Shown: positions 35,932-49,674 of the stretch, piece after piece
How the letters are laid out: the number at the start of each line of letters is the position of its first letter
How positions within the stretch are numbered: the stretch's first letter is position 1
Source of the DNA: Gekko japonicus
Lineage: Eukaryota
Length of the DNA stretch: 64,000 nt
Direction: 5' to 3'
NCBI RefSeq assembly: GCF_001447785.1
Contig: NW_015170892.1
Coordinates: forward strand, 1,111,760 to 1,175,759
Program-made: the position numbers and the translations under genes
The notes under the pieces: model-generated
The model's input: only the letters and a program-made list of their open reading frames with translations
What the model was told of the DNA's origin: nothing
Database searches by the model: none

Positions 35932-37552
35932 CTACAGATGCAATTTTTAAAAAAGTGATAACATTTCAATGGTGACCACAAAATGACAGGTTTGCTTTTA
36001 TTAACATTATGTAACCATGGTTATTTTTCTTAAATCGAAGCTGTCAATTTTACATTTTGAAAATGAAACTTGAAGCTATCCTTTTGTCCCAGAGTATCCT
36101 AATTGATTTTTAAAAACCATAAGCATATAATTGGTCATGCATATATACTTATGGTTTAAGACGTACATGATCACATCAGAGAACATCTGAAACAATCCCA
36201 AGAAAACACTCATGCTGCACGATCAAGCAAGAATAAGGAGTAAAACTAAATAAAAAAGGAGATGTTCTCATAATATGATGTTGTTGCCAATCCAGAAGAT
36301 CTGAAATTTCAGATTCCATTAACTATCTACGTGGGAAAGCTCATGTTTCTTTTGTTCAGGTGTATTTTGAGAATTTGTCTAAAAGGGTTGGGGATCCAGA
36401 CAAAACTGTCAATTTCCACTGAATCCACCTCCTTTCTGCTGCAGACCCTCCTCAAGACAGTCCTCAGGTTCCTCACCCCCAGGAGCAGCTTTTCATGGAG
36501 ATCCGTAGGCTGCAGTTTGGGGGGGGGGGTTTTGGGGGGGGAGGACACTTCCATTCTGCCACTGGTAAATAGAGTCTAGATTCAACCCAGTGACTCCCTT
36601 CTGTAATAAGTAGAAATAGGTGATTCCCTGAAGCTAAGCCTTTTTCTCTGACAGAAAAGGAATTATCAGAAGAAACTACCGGAACCAACCCAGCGCTCTG
36701 AATTAAAGAAACTTTAGCTTTAGTCATGTAAGTTATCATATATATAACATAAACACACACACACACAAATAAAACAGCAGTTGGGGGAAAAAACACTTTT
36801 TACAAAGATGTTACAAGTCTCTACCACAGCAGCTATCCCCCTCAGAAAACATATCATCCTGTGAGTAAGAGGAAGAATGCTTCCCTAAGGTGGCATCTAC
36901 CACCTATAAACATGCAAGTACTGTATTAAAAATATACTTTTAAAAAAACTAGACCAAATTAATTAGGGACCCTTTTTACTTCATCTAAATTATCAATAAA
37001 CTAAATGTTGCAGCTCTGGTATGTTCTCATTTAAGCTAACAAAATACAAGTAACAGGAGAGTCTGTCTATCCTTCAGAAACACATGTAATATATCTAGCC
37101 TACTAGCCATGCCTCATGTAGATAATAATTAGTGCTCAACATCAGAGATGAACACCAATTTCTTTATGGCACTGACTAAAGATTTTTTTTATGAAATAAA
37201 TCTGCAAAAAGACCCAACACTATAAATCTGCTCCACATCAAACACAGGGCAGCTCATGCGCTGGTTTGTCAAGAGAATTTCTGCCACTGAGCATTGCAAA
37301 ATAGGGAATGGCTGAAGGGTGTCAGAATGTGGCAACGAGAATCAGGGCACCAAGCAAGTACAGGGCTATTGAGTGCAGCACTTAGCATTGGGAACTGATG
37401 GCGGCATCATTTGCTAACATCAGGGTCTGCTTTTCATTCAGTAGCTAGGCATTAGCAAACCATTACATGAGCTACCACTAGTCAAATGTGCTCAACTTCA
37501 ACCTGAACAGAAAAAGAAAGTAAAAACAAAGATCAAGAAATTATCAACAAAC

Positions 37553-37624
37553 CTTGGCAGCTCCAAGCTGCTCTTTTCTGAACCTTTCCAGAGGTTTGAT
37601 AAGAGTTTCAGTAACACTAAGTGC
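37553..37624 (-). CDS. ARHGAP10: ARHGAP10 coding exon (~exon 4)
   Basis: 72 nt, AG/GT; ALSVTETLIKPLERFRKEQLGAAK. Confidence 0.95.
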
Positions 37625-39859
37625 CTTCCAAGAAAGAAGAAAAATAGCTTACAATATGTACTTAATACTTTAACAGATGGGGTTAAGCAGCTGAACAATT
37701 ACACCAAAAGCAAACAGTTATGTTCAAAGTACAGGCCAACTTTTTTCTCAGGACTACACCTCTGTTGTTGTTCTTATTAGTAAAAATAGATTTAATCATC
37801 TCATTTTATTCTGTTTTGTTAAGCTTCTTTCTTGGCCTGTCTCCTAACTGCGAGCCAGTGAAATTCAGTTTGACTGACTGCTTATATTGATTGTCTATTA
37901 CTAATTTTCTAACAGACTCCTTTCTTATTAGTGGGTTTTAATAATAATAAATATTCAGTAGCATTTTAACATTTTGATACTTTTTATTTTATTATTTTTA
38001 CAAGAGATAAGATACTTTGAACATACTAAAAAAACTGGGATAAGATATTTTTAATAAACAAAAAGGAGGTGACAAACACATGTGGATGGATTTAATGGAA
38101 ACTGTGTCCGTGTTCATTATAAAATAGGGGGGAAATGCCCTGTAAATAATCTCATCCTGTCAAAATCAGTGTATAATAACTGAATAGAACTAAAGAGAGA
38201 TTATTATTTTTTTAAAGTTTATTCTTTATCAAATGTTCATAATATTTCTGCTGAAAAAATATGATAGCCTTGAATCAGAGGGGCTTACTTAGAGAAAGGT
38301 ACAAAGATCCTCCACAAACATGTGTATTCATTGCATTAAAACCAGCTTCCTGGAAAGGCATTACAATTGTACAGCAGTTCGATCTCCCAGTCAACTCATA
38401 TTAATGGCTACGTAATTATTTATTTATTTAGAAACTGTATATGCTGCCTCTCCAGTGTCCTGCTGAGGCAGCTCACAACTAAGATAACAAAACAAAACCA
38501 TTAAAACACAACCATTAAAAACAAAGCAGAGGAGCCACTTGGTCTCACAGAGGAAAAGAAAACCGCCCCCGTCCCATTTGGCTTCAGCTTCATTCCCTCT
38601 TGTTCCCAGTCACCCATTCCCCACAATGCTCCCATCACAGGCTCTTTCGCTCTTATTGCCTCCCCACCACCACCTCCCAGTTGCATCTTCCCAAGCATAC
38701 ACCTGCCTTCCCCAGCAGTATTATTTCCTTCATCTCAAGGGGAAGGAAGAGTTAATTCAATACATGTGTATATGTTTCTGGTTGCCCAGGTTTGCAGACA
38801 CCTCTCTCCTATTCTTATTTGGTCCCCATGTTGGGGATTTTTTTGATCCAGAGAGTGGTGCCATTTTAAGAATTAGATATATGACACAACATTAGTTGTT
38901 TGTGTTAAAAGTGGTTTAATATTTTGAAGAAGAGCTCTTTTGTTATTAATCAACAGCTGAAGTTAAATAAACATTAACAAGTGGAAACAAAGCACAAGCC
39001 CTTTAACACCAATACAAACTCAAGAGCAGTTACAGTTATAAAAATCATTCCTTTCCTTTTATAGTCTTAAATCATAATCCCTTGGGAGCTTCCTTCATGT
39101 AAACTACATGAAAAGAATGGGAACAGCATAATTACGGGCTTATGCTACCCTTAGGTGCCAGCTAAATTTAACACAATCTGAATTACTACAGCCCAAACAA
39201 GGGGGGAAAACCCTAAACACTATGCTCATCTATGTTCACTTGTTAGTGTACATACAAGTTCTATATCTACATAAGATTAAGGAATTTTATACAAAATAAT
39301 CAAGTGCTGACTGTATAATTTAAAATTCAGAAGCACCTAGGAAGTCATATATATTACACACACACACACAAAAAATGCATATCCTTTACGAATCAATCAG
39401 ACACCTAAATTTGCTTCTATATGCTACAATGGAAGGAAAACATGTGGGATTTATAGTGCATTCTCAGTGCTTTCAGTATTTTCCCATATATGAAAAACTG
39501 TACTGCCTGGAGCTCATTTCATTTTCAAAGTAAACATTAGGATCATGAACACAGTTGTCATCCAAAAGACATTCTTTGAACTGTCTCCCACGACCCACTT
39601 ACTACTCTGTGTTCCACTCTGAAAGAACATTTTGCACTCATTTCACTGGCAAAGGACCAGCTGACCTTTAGTTAGGAAAGTTTTGGTTTTTTAATAAAAA
39701 GGTACAAATACACATTACATGCAAGCAAATTTAATGTATAATTTATTCAAGCACAAAACTTACGTTCCTACAAACACTGAATTGTTTTAATTTTCTCTCT
39801 ACCCCCACTGTGAATTATAGATATATAAACCTATTATATATAAAAACAAGAATGTCATT

Positions 39860-41425
39860 GTCCTGGACCCCTTCCAGTCCTGTTTTTGTCCTGACCATGG
39901 GACAGAGACAGTGCTGGTTGCCCTGGTAGATGATCTCTGGAGATATTTGGTCGAGGTGGATCGGTGCTGCTGATACTTCTTGATCTGTCAGCAGCATTCA
40001 ACATGGTTGTCCATGATGTGTTAACCCACCGCCTCCCTGACGGGGGATACAAGGGCTTGCCTTGCAGTGGCTGACCTCCTTTCTCCAAGGTCAGGGACAG
40101 AGGGTGGCATTTGGGGGAGAGTTATCCTAACAACACCCACTGGAATGTGGTGTGCCACAGGGAGCAATTCTCTCCCCTATGCTCTTTAACATCTATATGC
40201 ACCCCCTTGCCCATATTATCTGGAGATGCAGGATGGAAGTTTAGGAGGGGATAATTGGCATTTCCCAGCCATTATAACCACTTTCCTTTCCTCCTTGATG
40301 ATGGTTACTCAGAGGGAGTAGAGAGCAGATGGGAAAATTATCTGGAGATATGGGCTGGGATGTCACTAGTATGTGGATGACACCCAGCTCTACCTACTGA
40401 TGGACAGCCGCCTGGACACAGCCCCAAGAGATCTGAATAGGGCATTAAAGGCTGTGGATGGATGGTTATGACAGAGCCGACTGAAGTTAAATCCATCCAA
40501 GATGGAAGTCCTATACCTGAGTCGCAGGGGATTGAGTCAGGAATCAGACTCCCAACCTTCAATGGAGATCCACTGACGCTAACGCTGAGGGTGAAGAGTC
40601 TGAGGGTGTTCCTGGATGCCTCCCTTTCTATGGAGGCCCAGGTCACCATGACTGCCAGGTCTGCCTTTTTCCATCTGTGACAGATCAGGCGGTTGGCCCC
40701 TTATCTCGCCCCCCATGACCTGGCTACAGTGACCCATGCAATGGTCACTTCCAGACTGTATTGTAACTATCTCTACTTGGAGCTACCCTTGACTCAGCTC
40801 CAAAAGTTGCACCTAGTGCAGAATGCAGCAGCACGGGTGTTGACAGCGACGCCTGTGCAGGCTCGCATTAACCCAGTGCTGCGCAAACTGCACTAGCTGC
40901 CTATCGAATAGCAGATCCATTTCAAGGTTATGGTGCTTACCTTTAAAGCCTTATATGGTCAGGGGCCAGCATACCTTTGGGACTGCCTCTCTCCATATGA
41001 ACTGAGGTCTACCAACAAACATCTTCTGGTAGTCCCTGGCCCCAGGGCCTTCTAGGCCCTGGCCCCGACTTAATGGAATAAGTTCCTGTATGAGATCAGG
41101 GCCCTGCAGGATTTTTTACAACTCCACAGGGCCTGTAAGATGAGCTCTTCCACCAAGCTTTTGACTGAGGCAGCGGACGTTCATTCTGCCCCCCCCCCCG
41201 TTGATCTTCTATCAGTGGCCCCGATCTGAATAGCTATACAAGAACCACTGACTCCTGAGATATCTGGCTAAATTATACATGGCATTTTATGAGTATGTTG
41301 TTTTATATTGTTGTTTTTAATTGTATTGTGTACTGTACTCAGAGTGATGGAACCAGCCCTGAGCCTGCTTGCGGGGAGGGCGGAATACAAGACCAATAAA
41401 ATAAAAATTAAAAAATTAAAAATGA
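39860..41425 (+). mobile_element. L2-clade LINE 3' part (degenerate RT plus tail)
   Basis: GTETVLVALVDD, LDLSAAF, CGVPQGAILSPMLFNIYM, YVDDTQLY, LVQNAAARVL; A-rich tail. Confidence 0.9.
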
Positions 41426-41711
41426 ATGAAAAAATAATGTGTTTAATTACATTGTCACTGTCATTATTGTTGAAAATCACCTCTGCTTTATGAAGTGTCT
41501 TTTAGTGCTTTCTTGACATTTCATCTACTTTTGTCCAAACCCAGGACATTGACTGTTAGAAAGGCTTGTTTTGATAGAAGTTGTTCTTTCTCTCAGACAG
41601 CATATGGGACATAACTTTGGGAGACCTGAGCTTTGCAACCTCTGAACTTATCTGATAAAGGTTAATAAAATTCCCAAACCAAGGTAAATTAAACTAGTCT
41701 CTTTATGAGGA

Positions 41712-41945
41712 AGAAGAAGAGAAGGTTTTTATACCCACTTTCCTCTACCTTAAGGAGTCTCAAAGTGGCTTACAATCACATTCCCATCCTCTTCCCGCAA
41801 CAGGCACCTTGTGAAGCAGGTGGGGCTCAGAGAGTTCTGAGAGAACTGTGACTGACCCAAGATCACCCACCAGGTTTCATGTGGAGGAGTGGGTTCTCCA
41901 GATTAGAGTCTGTTGCTCTTAACCACCACACCATGCTGACTCTCA
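41712..41945 (-). mobile_element. tRNA-derived SINE (Squam3-like)
   Basis: (AAG)n tail, 'caaagtggcttacaatc..gtggggctcagagagttct..cttaaccaccacacca'. Confidence 0.75.
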
Positions 41946-44900
41946 GTTTATTTAACCAGTAGGCCAGTTTCTTTAAGCAGTAACACCCCATGTTACTTGT
42001 TAATTTAGTTCATATTTAGAATCAGGGGGCATATGCAAACCATAAATATATAATAAGCATGGATGCATGTGCAAATCTAGCCTGCATTCTCCTTTACATA
42101 CACTGTAAAAGAGAGAATGAAGAGATTCAGAAGAGGAAAGTATCTCACAACTGACATAGTTGACTTGGATTTTGTGTCCTTGCAGCACCAAAAGAGGATG
42201 TTAAATTACTGACTATTCTGTAATAGTACAAAAATACAGAAGATTTCTAGTCAATTTCATTAACGGAGAAAAATATTCTAAAGCACTTTAAAAATTAAAA
42301 GGTTGTCTACTTAGAATGATTGCATTCTATTAAGCAAACGAAGAAATGCTTCTGTATTGCACAACTAGCAGAACTTCACTTTTTGGATTCAACTAAAAAA
42401 ATGTCCCTCAAGGGGCAAAGAATAGCCCTCTTGATATTTGCCTTGGGGACATGTTATGGAAATGTCAGTTATGGAAATGTACTGTTTCTTGAGTTATCCA
42501 ATAATAATGTGGACAATTCTAAACTAAGACCCCTTTTTTGTTCAAAAACATACTAATCCTTTTTTATAACCCACTAGAAGATACGAAACCAGCAAATGAA
42601 ACATTTCTTAAATGTTATTAATTGTTCAGCATGTATTCAACTAATCAAACAGAATGGCAAAAAAAACCCTGGCAATTTTAAAATTTGTAAATACCATTGA
42701 AATGTTACTAAAATATCACTGAAGGAAACAGGTCTTATTCAACCACTGTCTACATATAGTTAGCTATGAAATCTGAGTTACTCACTGAATGGCCATTTAT
42801 ATGCCTGGATGCCCTTTTTTGAATAGGCTGGTTGACAACTTTACTAAACACAACAGAGGCAGGTAGTAAATGATGACTCCCTTGAACCCACACAGAAAAA
42901 AGAAAAATGAAAATAATTGTTCGTGAATTAACTTGCTGTTGAGGGGTGAAGACATGAGAGATTCCGCCATCTCCTGTCAAAGAACGCTAACAGCAAGTTT
43001 CATTAGCAAAACATACTGTTATGTCTGTGTCTACTATAACTACACTGCAAAACAATAAAACAAGTAGGCAACATATATGTCAGTTTTTCGAAGCATTTTA
43101 CTAGTAGCAATTTTAAGGCAACCTTACATTACAGCAGCATTAGCAAACATTTGCTGCCCCAAATTTTATACTAATTCTGTGATATTATGGTACAGAATAC
43201 TTAGCAGCACATCATCAATGGGTACAGAGCTGGAGAGATAAACCCAAGGTTCAGCATCAATTTTATTTTTATGGATGGGAGAGTGATCACAAGCAAACCC
43301 AGGGAACTGCATCAATTTTATTTTTATGGATGGGAGATGAGTGGGAGGAGCTCCTTTGGGAAGACTGAAATTTGAACTTACAAAACACAACATCATAGAA
43401 CAGTTTTTATAGCTTTGGCCTGGAGCCAAATATTGTGGGCACTATATATCCTGACATTCCATGGGTTTCAATGGAACATCTGTGGAATGTTGGCACTATG
43501 AAAACATTCAACAAGAGAGGGGATAAATTTATGCTCATTTTCTTCTATATGCCAGAAATAAGATCATAAAAATGTCAAAATATTTGCTATTGTACCCGGA
43601 AACAAAGAATTATATTTTTTCTACACTCTTTCAACCTTCCAGCAAAAAGAAAATATAAACTTGTTCATTCTTGGCAACGTTTTTAAAAATAATCTGCATA
43701 CACGTTATGATCTGGATTCATCTCTAAGATTAGAAAACACTTTAAAGTGCCCTGAAGAGACGGAGTGGACTAATCATGAATACTAGTGACTAGAAAATAT
43801 CTTCTTAGTATTATGGATTCAGGAAACTGTTATCTATGAACAATACATAAATGCTTCAGCAGCCTAAACTAGACAGTACTGTCATCCTACTGAACTCTGG
43901 CTTCACAATCTTTAGTATATGTCCTGCTCATTCCAGCACAAACTAAAAGGAAACCTACTGTTATATTTCTCCTTTCCAAACACAAAATGATTGCAAACAA
44001 CACCTATCTCAATGTAGATTACTCCAGTAGCGAATGAAAATAAAACAGAACATTAGTCTGGGCTGAAAGAAAGCAAATATTCAGCCATATAAATCTAAAC
44101 AAACAAATCTCACTCATTGTTCAACAGTCCATCTCTGTAATGCTTTATGTAGACCACACAGATTTTCAAAGAACTTATTCATCATATAAGTTTATTATCT
44201 GCCTTTTGGTCCAGCCAATCATTACTCAGTTAACTGTTGCAGCTGCAGTTCCCTGGGTTTGCTTGTGATCACTGCAGTGAAAAGATCTTCCACAGAGTCT
44301 AAGCCAATGGGCAATAGGGGACGCTGCTCCAGTCCCCATGCTTGGAGGGGCTGGCTGCCCACAGCCATGCTCCCTCAAAGGCATAAAGAGGAAGAAGAAG
44401 AGTAGGCTCCTGTTGCTGCTTTTATCTGTCCTATATAGGGCTCGGGCAGCTGGTTTCTGGGGCTTCGAGTAGCAGCTGTAGCCTTGCTTGGCCCCCCGTG
44501 GGGATGGCACTGATTCTGAGGCCCCATCCTGGACTTTTACCCAACGTCCTAGAATTACTAAGACAGTCCCTGGTCTTCTGTTTCTTCTGTGTGACCACAG
44601 TGGCTATTAGAAACTGCCACTACATAGGACAAAGGAGCCTCTTCCTCAGTTTAATAGCACCAGTTCTCCATATCCATGCTGAACTTCTGTAGATTGGCAC
44701 CTGGTCATCTGACTGAAATGGTTCTGATTTCCTTGGTCCCTTGTCATTATAGGCCTTTTGTCTGAGTTTCACATCTGGTTCTTGTAAGTGCACTTCTGAT
44801 TGCACTTCTTCATCTTCTAATAACAAAAATCCTTTTCAAACAACTTCTCAAGTTAAAAATTTCAGCAACAGCTTTCTGTGCTCCACAGAGAGACACTAGC

Positions 44901-45098
44901 AATGCTATATGCTGTATCTTAAGCTTCTTCCGTAATTTCTGAACCATTTTCACTTCTCTTCCAATTAAGTTATTCAATCTGATGAAATTCTAGACTAGAG
45001 GTTGTATGAAGAAACTCATATTCTTGTAGAAAGTCACAGCAATTAAACTGAAGAACACTATCTGTTTGATTCACTTTGGGTCTATTCGGTCTCACGAA

Positions 45099-46207
45099 CA
45101 GGGATGGGCATGAACCTGCCCATGACCCTAAATTCACCTGGGTCATGGCTAGCAAGCCAAGGTCCATACGATCTCCCCCCAACGAGCCTCCCACAACCCT
45201 TTACATGGTTTTTGGAGATTTGTTCAGCTCGTGGTAGTCCATATTGGTGGCATCTGTGGCAGATACATTGGTGCCAATCAATTAAGATTGTCAAAGCAAC
45301 GGGCAGGGGGAATGGACTTCTGCAGCCATGGAAAGAACAAAAGTGGCCTTTTAAAGCTCGACAGGCAGTGCTGGCCGCCAATATGAGAGCTCCCATTCTG
45401 CTCTGTGGGAGCAGAATGATATATGCCCCTGCCCCAGCTCACATGCAGCCTTTGTTCTCCATTGTCAGCAGGCATGCCACGTGGCAGTTAGAAGCAGAGA
45501 GGTAAGGGAACTGGAAATCATTCCTGTGAACAGTGGGGTTGGGAGTGTCTGGTGCTTACTCAAGGCTCTGAGGCACTTGTCCGTCTGCTCATGCTGAGCA
45601 GAGGGGCTTAACTCCATTGGTTCCTCAGCTGAGGAAACCCCCCCCCACTGTGACTACTAGCTCTGTCTGGCCAGGAATTGAGTGGACTCAGGGCTCTGAG
45701 CCACCTGTCTCTCTGCTCACGTTGGGCAGAGGGGTTTAACTGCTGGTTGTCTTGCCAGAACAACCCCTCCTCCTTTTCATACTTATTTCAAATTCTAAGC
45801 ACCTCTCCCCAGCTGGGGTGGTGTCCGGTGAACTCAGGCCTCTGAGCCACCTGTCCTGCTCACACTGAGCAGAGGGGCTTAGCTACTAGCTTGCAGGGGG
45901 GCCATTCAACCCACTCCTGAACCTGTGATTTCCCCAGAGAGCACTTACCTGGGGGCACCTGCTTTGGGAGGCTGTAACTTAGCCCCCTAAATCCAATCCT
46001 CACAAAACTTAGAAGGGCAGGTAGAGAAGAGTCAGCTGGAGATATGCTGCGATTTTGGTGTCTCTAGCCCACAGTGGGGTCACTCTACTGCATCACAAAC
46101 CTCAGGAAATGAACCAGTTTGGTAAATGGAAAGGTTCATGGTTCACAGTTTGTGTGACCCCACGAACCTTCACAAACCTCAATTTTCCCAGTTCGTGGCC
46201 ATCTCTA
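45099..46207. mobile_element. Non-autonomous hAT-like DNA transposon (copy 1)
   Basis: TIRs CAGGGATGGGCATGAAC / GTTCGTGGCCATCTCTA; 8-bp TSD ctcacgaa/ctcataaa; internal ~60-bp subrepeats. Confidence 0.75.
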
Positions 46208-46646
46208 CTCATAAAGATCAATTTTGCAATAATACATGAAGCCATTGTATTCATTAGGAAAGCAATCTATATCATCTGTGAATTATCACATATTTTTTCT
46301 GTGCATACCACCAACTTTTGTCTGTACCAGTAAAGTGCACTTCTGATTGCACTTCTTCATCTTCTAATAAGAAAAATCCTTTTTCAAACAACTTCTCAAG
46401 TTAAAAACTTCAGCAACAGCTTTCTGTGCTCCACAGAGAGACACTAGCAATGCTATATGCTGTATCTTAAGCTTCTTCCGTAATTTCTGAACCATTTTCA
46501 CTTCTCTTCCAATTAAGTTATTCAATCTGATGAAATTCTAGACTAGAGGTTGTATGAAGAAACTCATATTCTTGTAGAAAGTCACAGCAATTAAACTGAA
46601 GAACACTATCTGTTTGATTCACTTTGGCTCTATTCGGTCTCACGAA

Positions 46647-47755
46647 CAGGGATGGGCATGAACCTGCCCATGACCCTAAATTCACCTGGGTCATGGCTAA
46701 CAAGCCAAGGTCCATACGACCTCCCCCCAACGAGCCTCCCACAACCCATTACATGGTTTTTGGAGATTTGTTCAGCTCGTGGTAGTCCATATTGGTGGCA
46801 TCTGTGGCAGATACATTGGTGCCAATCAATTAAGATTGTCAAAGCAATGGGCAGGGGGAATGGACTTCTGCAGCCATGGAAACAACAAAAGTGGCCTTTT
46901 AAAGCTCGACAGGCAGTGCTGGCCGCCAATATGAGAGCTCCCATTCTGCTCTGTGGGAGCAGAATGATATATGCCCCTGCCCCAGCTCACATGCAGCCTT
47001 TGTTCTCCATTGGCAGCAGGCATGCCACGTGGCAGTTAGAAGCAGAGAGGTAAGGGAACTGGAAATCATTCCTGTGAACAGTGGGGTTGGGAGTGTCTGG
47101 TGCTTACTCAAGGCTCTGAGGCACTTGTCCTTCTGCTCATGCTGAGCAGAGGGGCTTAACTCCATTGGTTCCTCAGCTGAGGAAACCCCCCCCCACTGTG
47201 ACTACTAGCTCTGTCTGGCCAGGAATTGAGTGGACTCAGGGCTCTGAGCCACCTGTCTCTCTGCTCACGTTGGGCAGAGGGGTTTAACTGCTGGTTGTCT
47301 TGCCAGAACAACCCCTCCTCCTTTTCATACTTATTTCAAATTCTAAGCACCTCTCCCCAGCTGGGGTGGTGTCCGGTGAACTCAGGCCTCTGAGCCACTT
47401 GTCCTGCTCACACTGAGCAGAGGGGCTTAGCTACTAGCTTGCAGGGGGGCCATTCAACCCACTCCTGAACCTGTGATTTCCCCAGAGAGCACTTACCTGG
47501 GGGCACCTGCTTTGGGAGGCTGTAACTTAGCCCCCTAAATCCAATCCTCACAAAACTTAGAAGGGCAGGTAGAGAAGAGTCAGCTGGAGATATGCTGCGA
47601 TTTTGGTGTCTCTAGCCCACAGTGGGGTCACTCTACTGCATCACAAACCTCAGGAAATGAACCAGTTTGGTAAATGGGAAGGTTCATGGTTCACAGTTTG
47701 CGTGACCTCACGAACCTTCACAAACCTCAATTTCCCCAGTTCATGCCCATCTCTA
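46647..47755. mobile_element. Non-autonomous hAT-like DNA transposon (copy 2, inside the duplication)
   Basis: Same TIRs (right TIR GTTCATGCCCATCTCTA) and same TSD. Confidence 0.75.
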
Positions 47756-49414
47756 CTCATAAAGATCAATTTGATTTTGCAATAATACATGAAGCCATTG
47801 TATTCATTAGGAAAGCAATCTATATCATCTGTGAATTATCACATATTTTTTCTGTGCATACCACCAACTTTTGTCTGTACCAGTAAATGTCCTCCAATTA
47901 CCTCCTTGGGTTGTTGAGGCCAACAGAGCCTCTATTTCAGACAATGCACAAAAGCCTTGCAAAACAACTTCTATGTCACTAATAACCTGTGGCCATAATA
48001 AGACCCCTCTGGCCTTGCTATTGTACATTTCAATGTCCAGGTGCCCTTCCTGAGAGAAAGGCAGACTATAAATAATGTATAAGCCAACACTTTTTTTTAC
48101 AAGGATTGGAGACAGCCTTTCCCCCCTTTCAGTAAGGTTACAACCAGCACTGAAAATTCCTTTTTAAAATGGTTATATGATATTACTATAGGGTAGCAAG
48201 GTTCTAAGAACTTTTTACAAGGCATGATCATGAGAAGTTGCTTAACACATAGTGCATCTAGCACTTGACATATTTTTTATAATCAAATTTACATCAACTG
48301 CCTCAGAAGCTTCCCCAGAAACTTGAACTTCTCTAGATGTACAGGTCCATTCCACCACCACCCCAACAAAGCCTTAAAGGGCAACTCACTTTACTGGGCT
48401 ATGTATGCTTGATCTATTTGGTGCCATTCACTCTTCAGGGTAGACAGAATCTCTTTCTCTTTTAACATGTGTGTTCAACACACCCAGTTTCTTCTTTTCA
48501 CTTTGATACTGCTTGCAGACTTTGGCAAAGTGTTCCATCTTGTTTCAAATTCTTCTATACGTCCATCACTGATGGTACATGCTAACCTCTATGTCGGACT
48601 GCCAAGAGGCTTGGAGAAAAATGCCCAGTCCCTTTAATAGAAACCTGATGTGTGGAAATGGGAAAATGAAGCTCTTTATACCATGACAGTAAATAACATC
48701 ACCTGGTAAATAATGTTCCATTAAGTCTCTATTAAAGGGCCAGGACATTTTTTTCTCGGTTTCATTATGGCTCAAGTAGCAAACAAGCCTGTATTCTCTC
48801 TTTGAGAATAACATAAAAGCAAATTCAAAGGATACTGATCAGTAGATACATTTTAAGGAAGAAGAAAAGGGAAAAGATTTCTTGCAAAAGGTTCAGCTCG
48901 ATGACTAAGAAACTTTTGGAGCAGGAAAAACTAAAAGGGAAAAAACACAGGACAGAACAACAGAGAGAATGCATTGTATTGTGCTTTATCTTCAGATGTT
49001 ATACCCGTGCAAACTGGAAGCCCTATCAGGGGGTCACCACTGCTGCAAGGCTCGCTATATGCTCTTTCACCACTGCATGTGAACTGTGCAATATGTGGAT
49101 TGTCCATCTATATACAGCTTCCATACATAAACCAAAATGGAAGCTCTACGTGCATGGAAGCTGTATGTGCATGGAAAAATCCATGCATTGCCCAATTTAC
49201 ACAAAATGGTGACCGCACTTATCAGGTATGTCATCAGGACTGCATGCTCCCAGTACATGCAGCTGGTGTGCTGCCAGTGTGTAGGGATGTAATGTCTGAG
49301 CTACTGTTACATGAAAAGCTGTTTATTTTCATCAAAAAGGTAAGCAGCCAAAGTTGACTGCCAATGTACTTTTAAAAATAATCTTCCATTTAACTCAAAA
49401 CACTGAGACCTTAC

Positions 49415-49476
49415 CATTATTTCTCTTTGTTCTTCTAAATTTTTCAGAAAGTTAGAGAATTCATGGAGGGATGCAT
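49415..49476 (-). CDS. ARHGAP10: ARHGAP10 coding exon (~exon 3)
   Basis: 62 nt, AG/GT; (D)ASLHEFSNFLKNLEEQREIM; phase matches the previous exon. Confidence 0.95.
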
Positions 49477-49578
49477 CTGTAACAGAAAAAAGCATTAGAT
49501 TGTGGCAAAGCATGAAGAACAGCAAAGAACAAAACATTAAATGAATATGACATATTCATAGCTATTGCACTCACATAC

Positions 49579-49674
49579 CTATACATCGCTCATCATCTGT
49601 TTCTGCATCACCAATAAATTCAAATTTAAACTCTCTCAGTGAGTGGGCAAACTTTCTTTGGGCAGCTGAAAGGT
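49579..49674 (-). CDS. ARHGAP10: ARHGAP10 coding exon (~exon 2), BAR domain
   Basis: 96 nt, AG/GT boundaries; encodes LSAAQRKFAHSLREFKFEFIGDAETDDERCI, matching ARHGAP10 rather than the ARHGAP26/OPHN1/ARHGAP42 paralogs as I recall them. Confidence 0.95.

Larger units (their letters stand above)
44786..47887. repeat. Tandem duplication, two ~1.55 kb units
   Basis: 44786-46332 and 46333-47887 are nearly identical; scattered substitutions plus 1-bp and 5-bp indels. Confidence 0.97.

Noticed and set aside
45104-47053. Duplicated 133-aa ORFs (45104-45505, 46652-47053)
   Set aside because: They lie inside a non-autonomous MITE copied by the tandem duplication and show no transposase similarity
48480-48830. 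Minus-strand 'KMEHFAKVCK' zinc-knuckle-like peptide (gag remnant?)
   Set aside because: Too short and degenerate; no other retroelement motifs nearby
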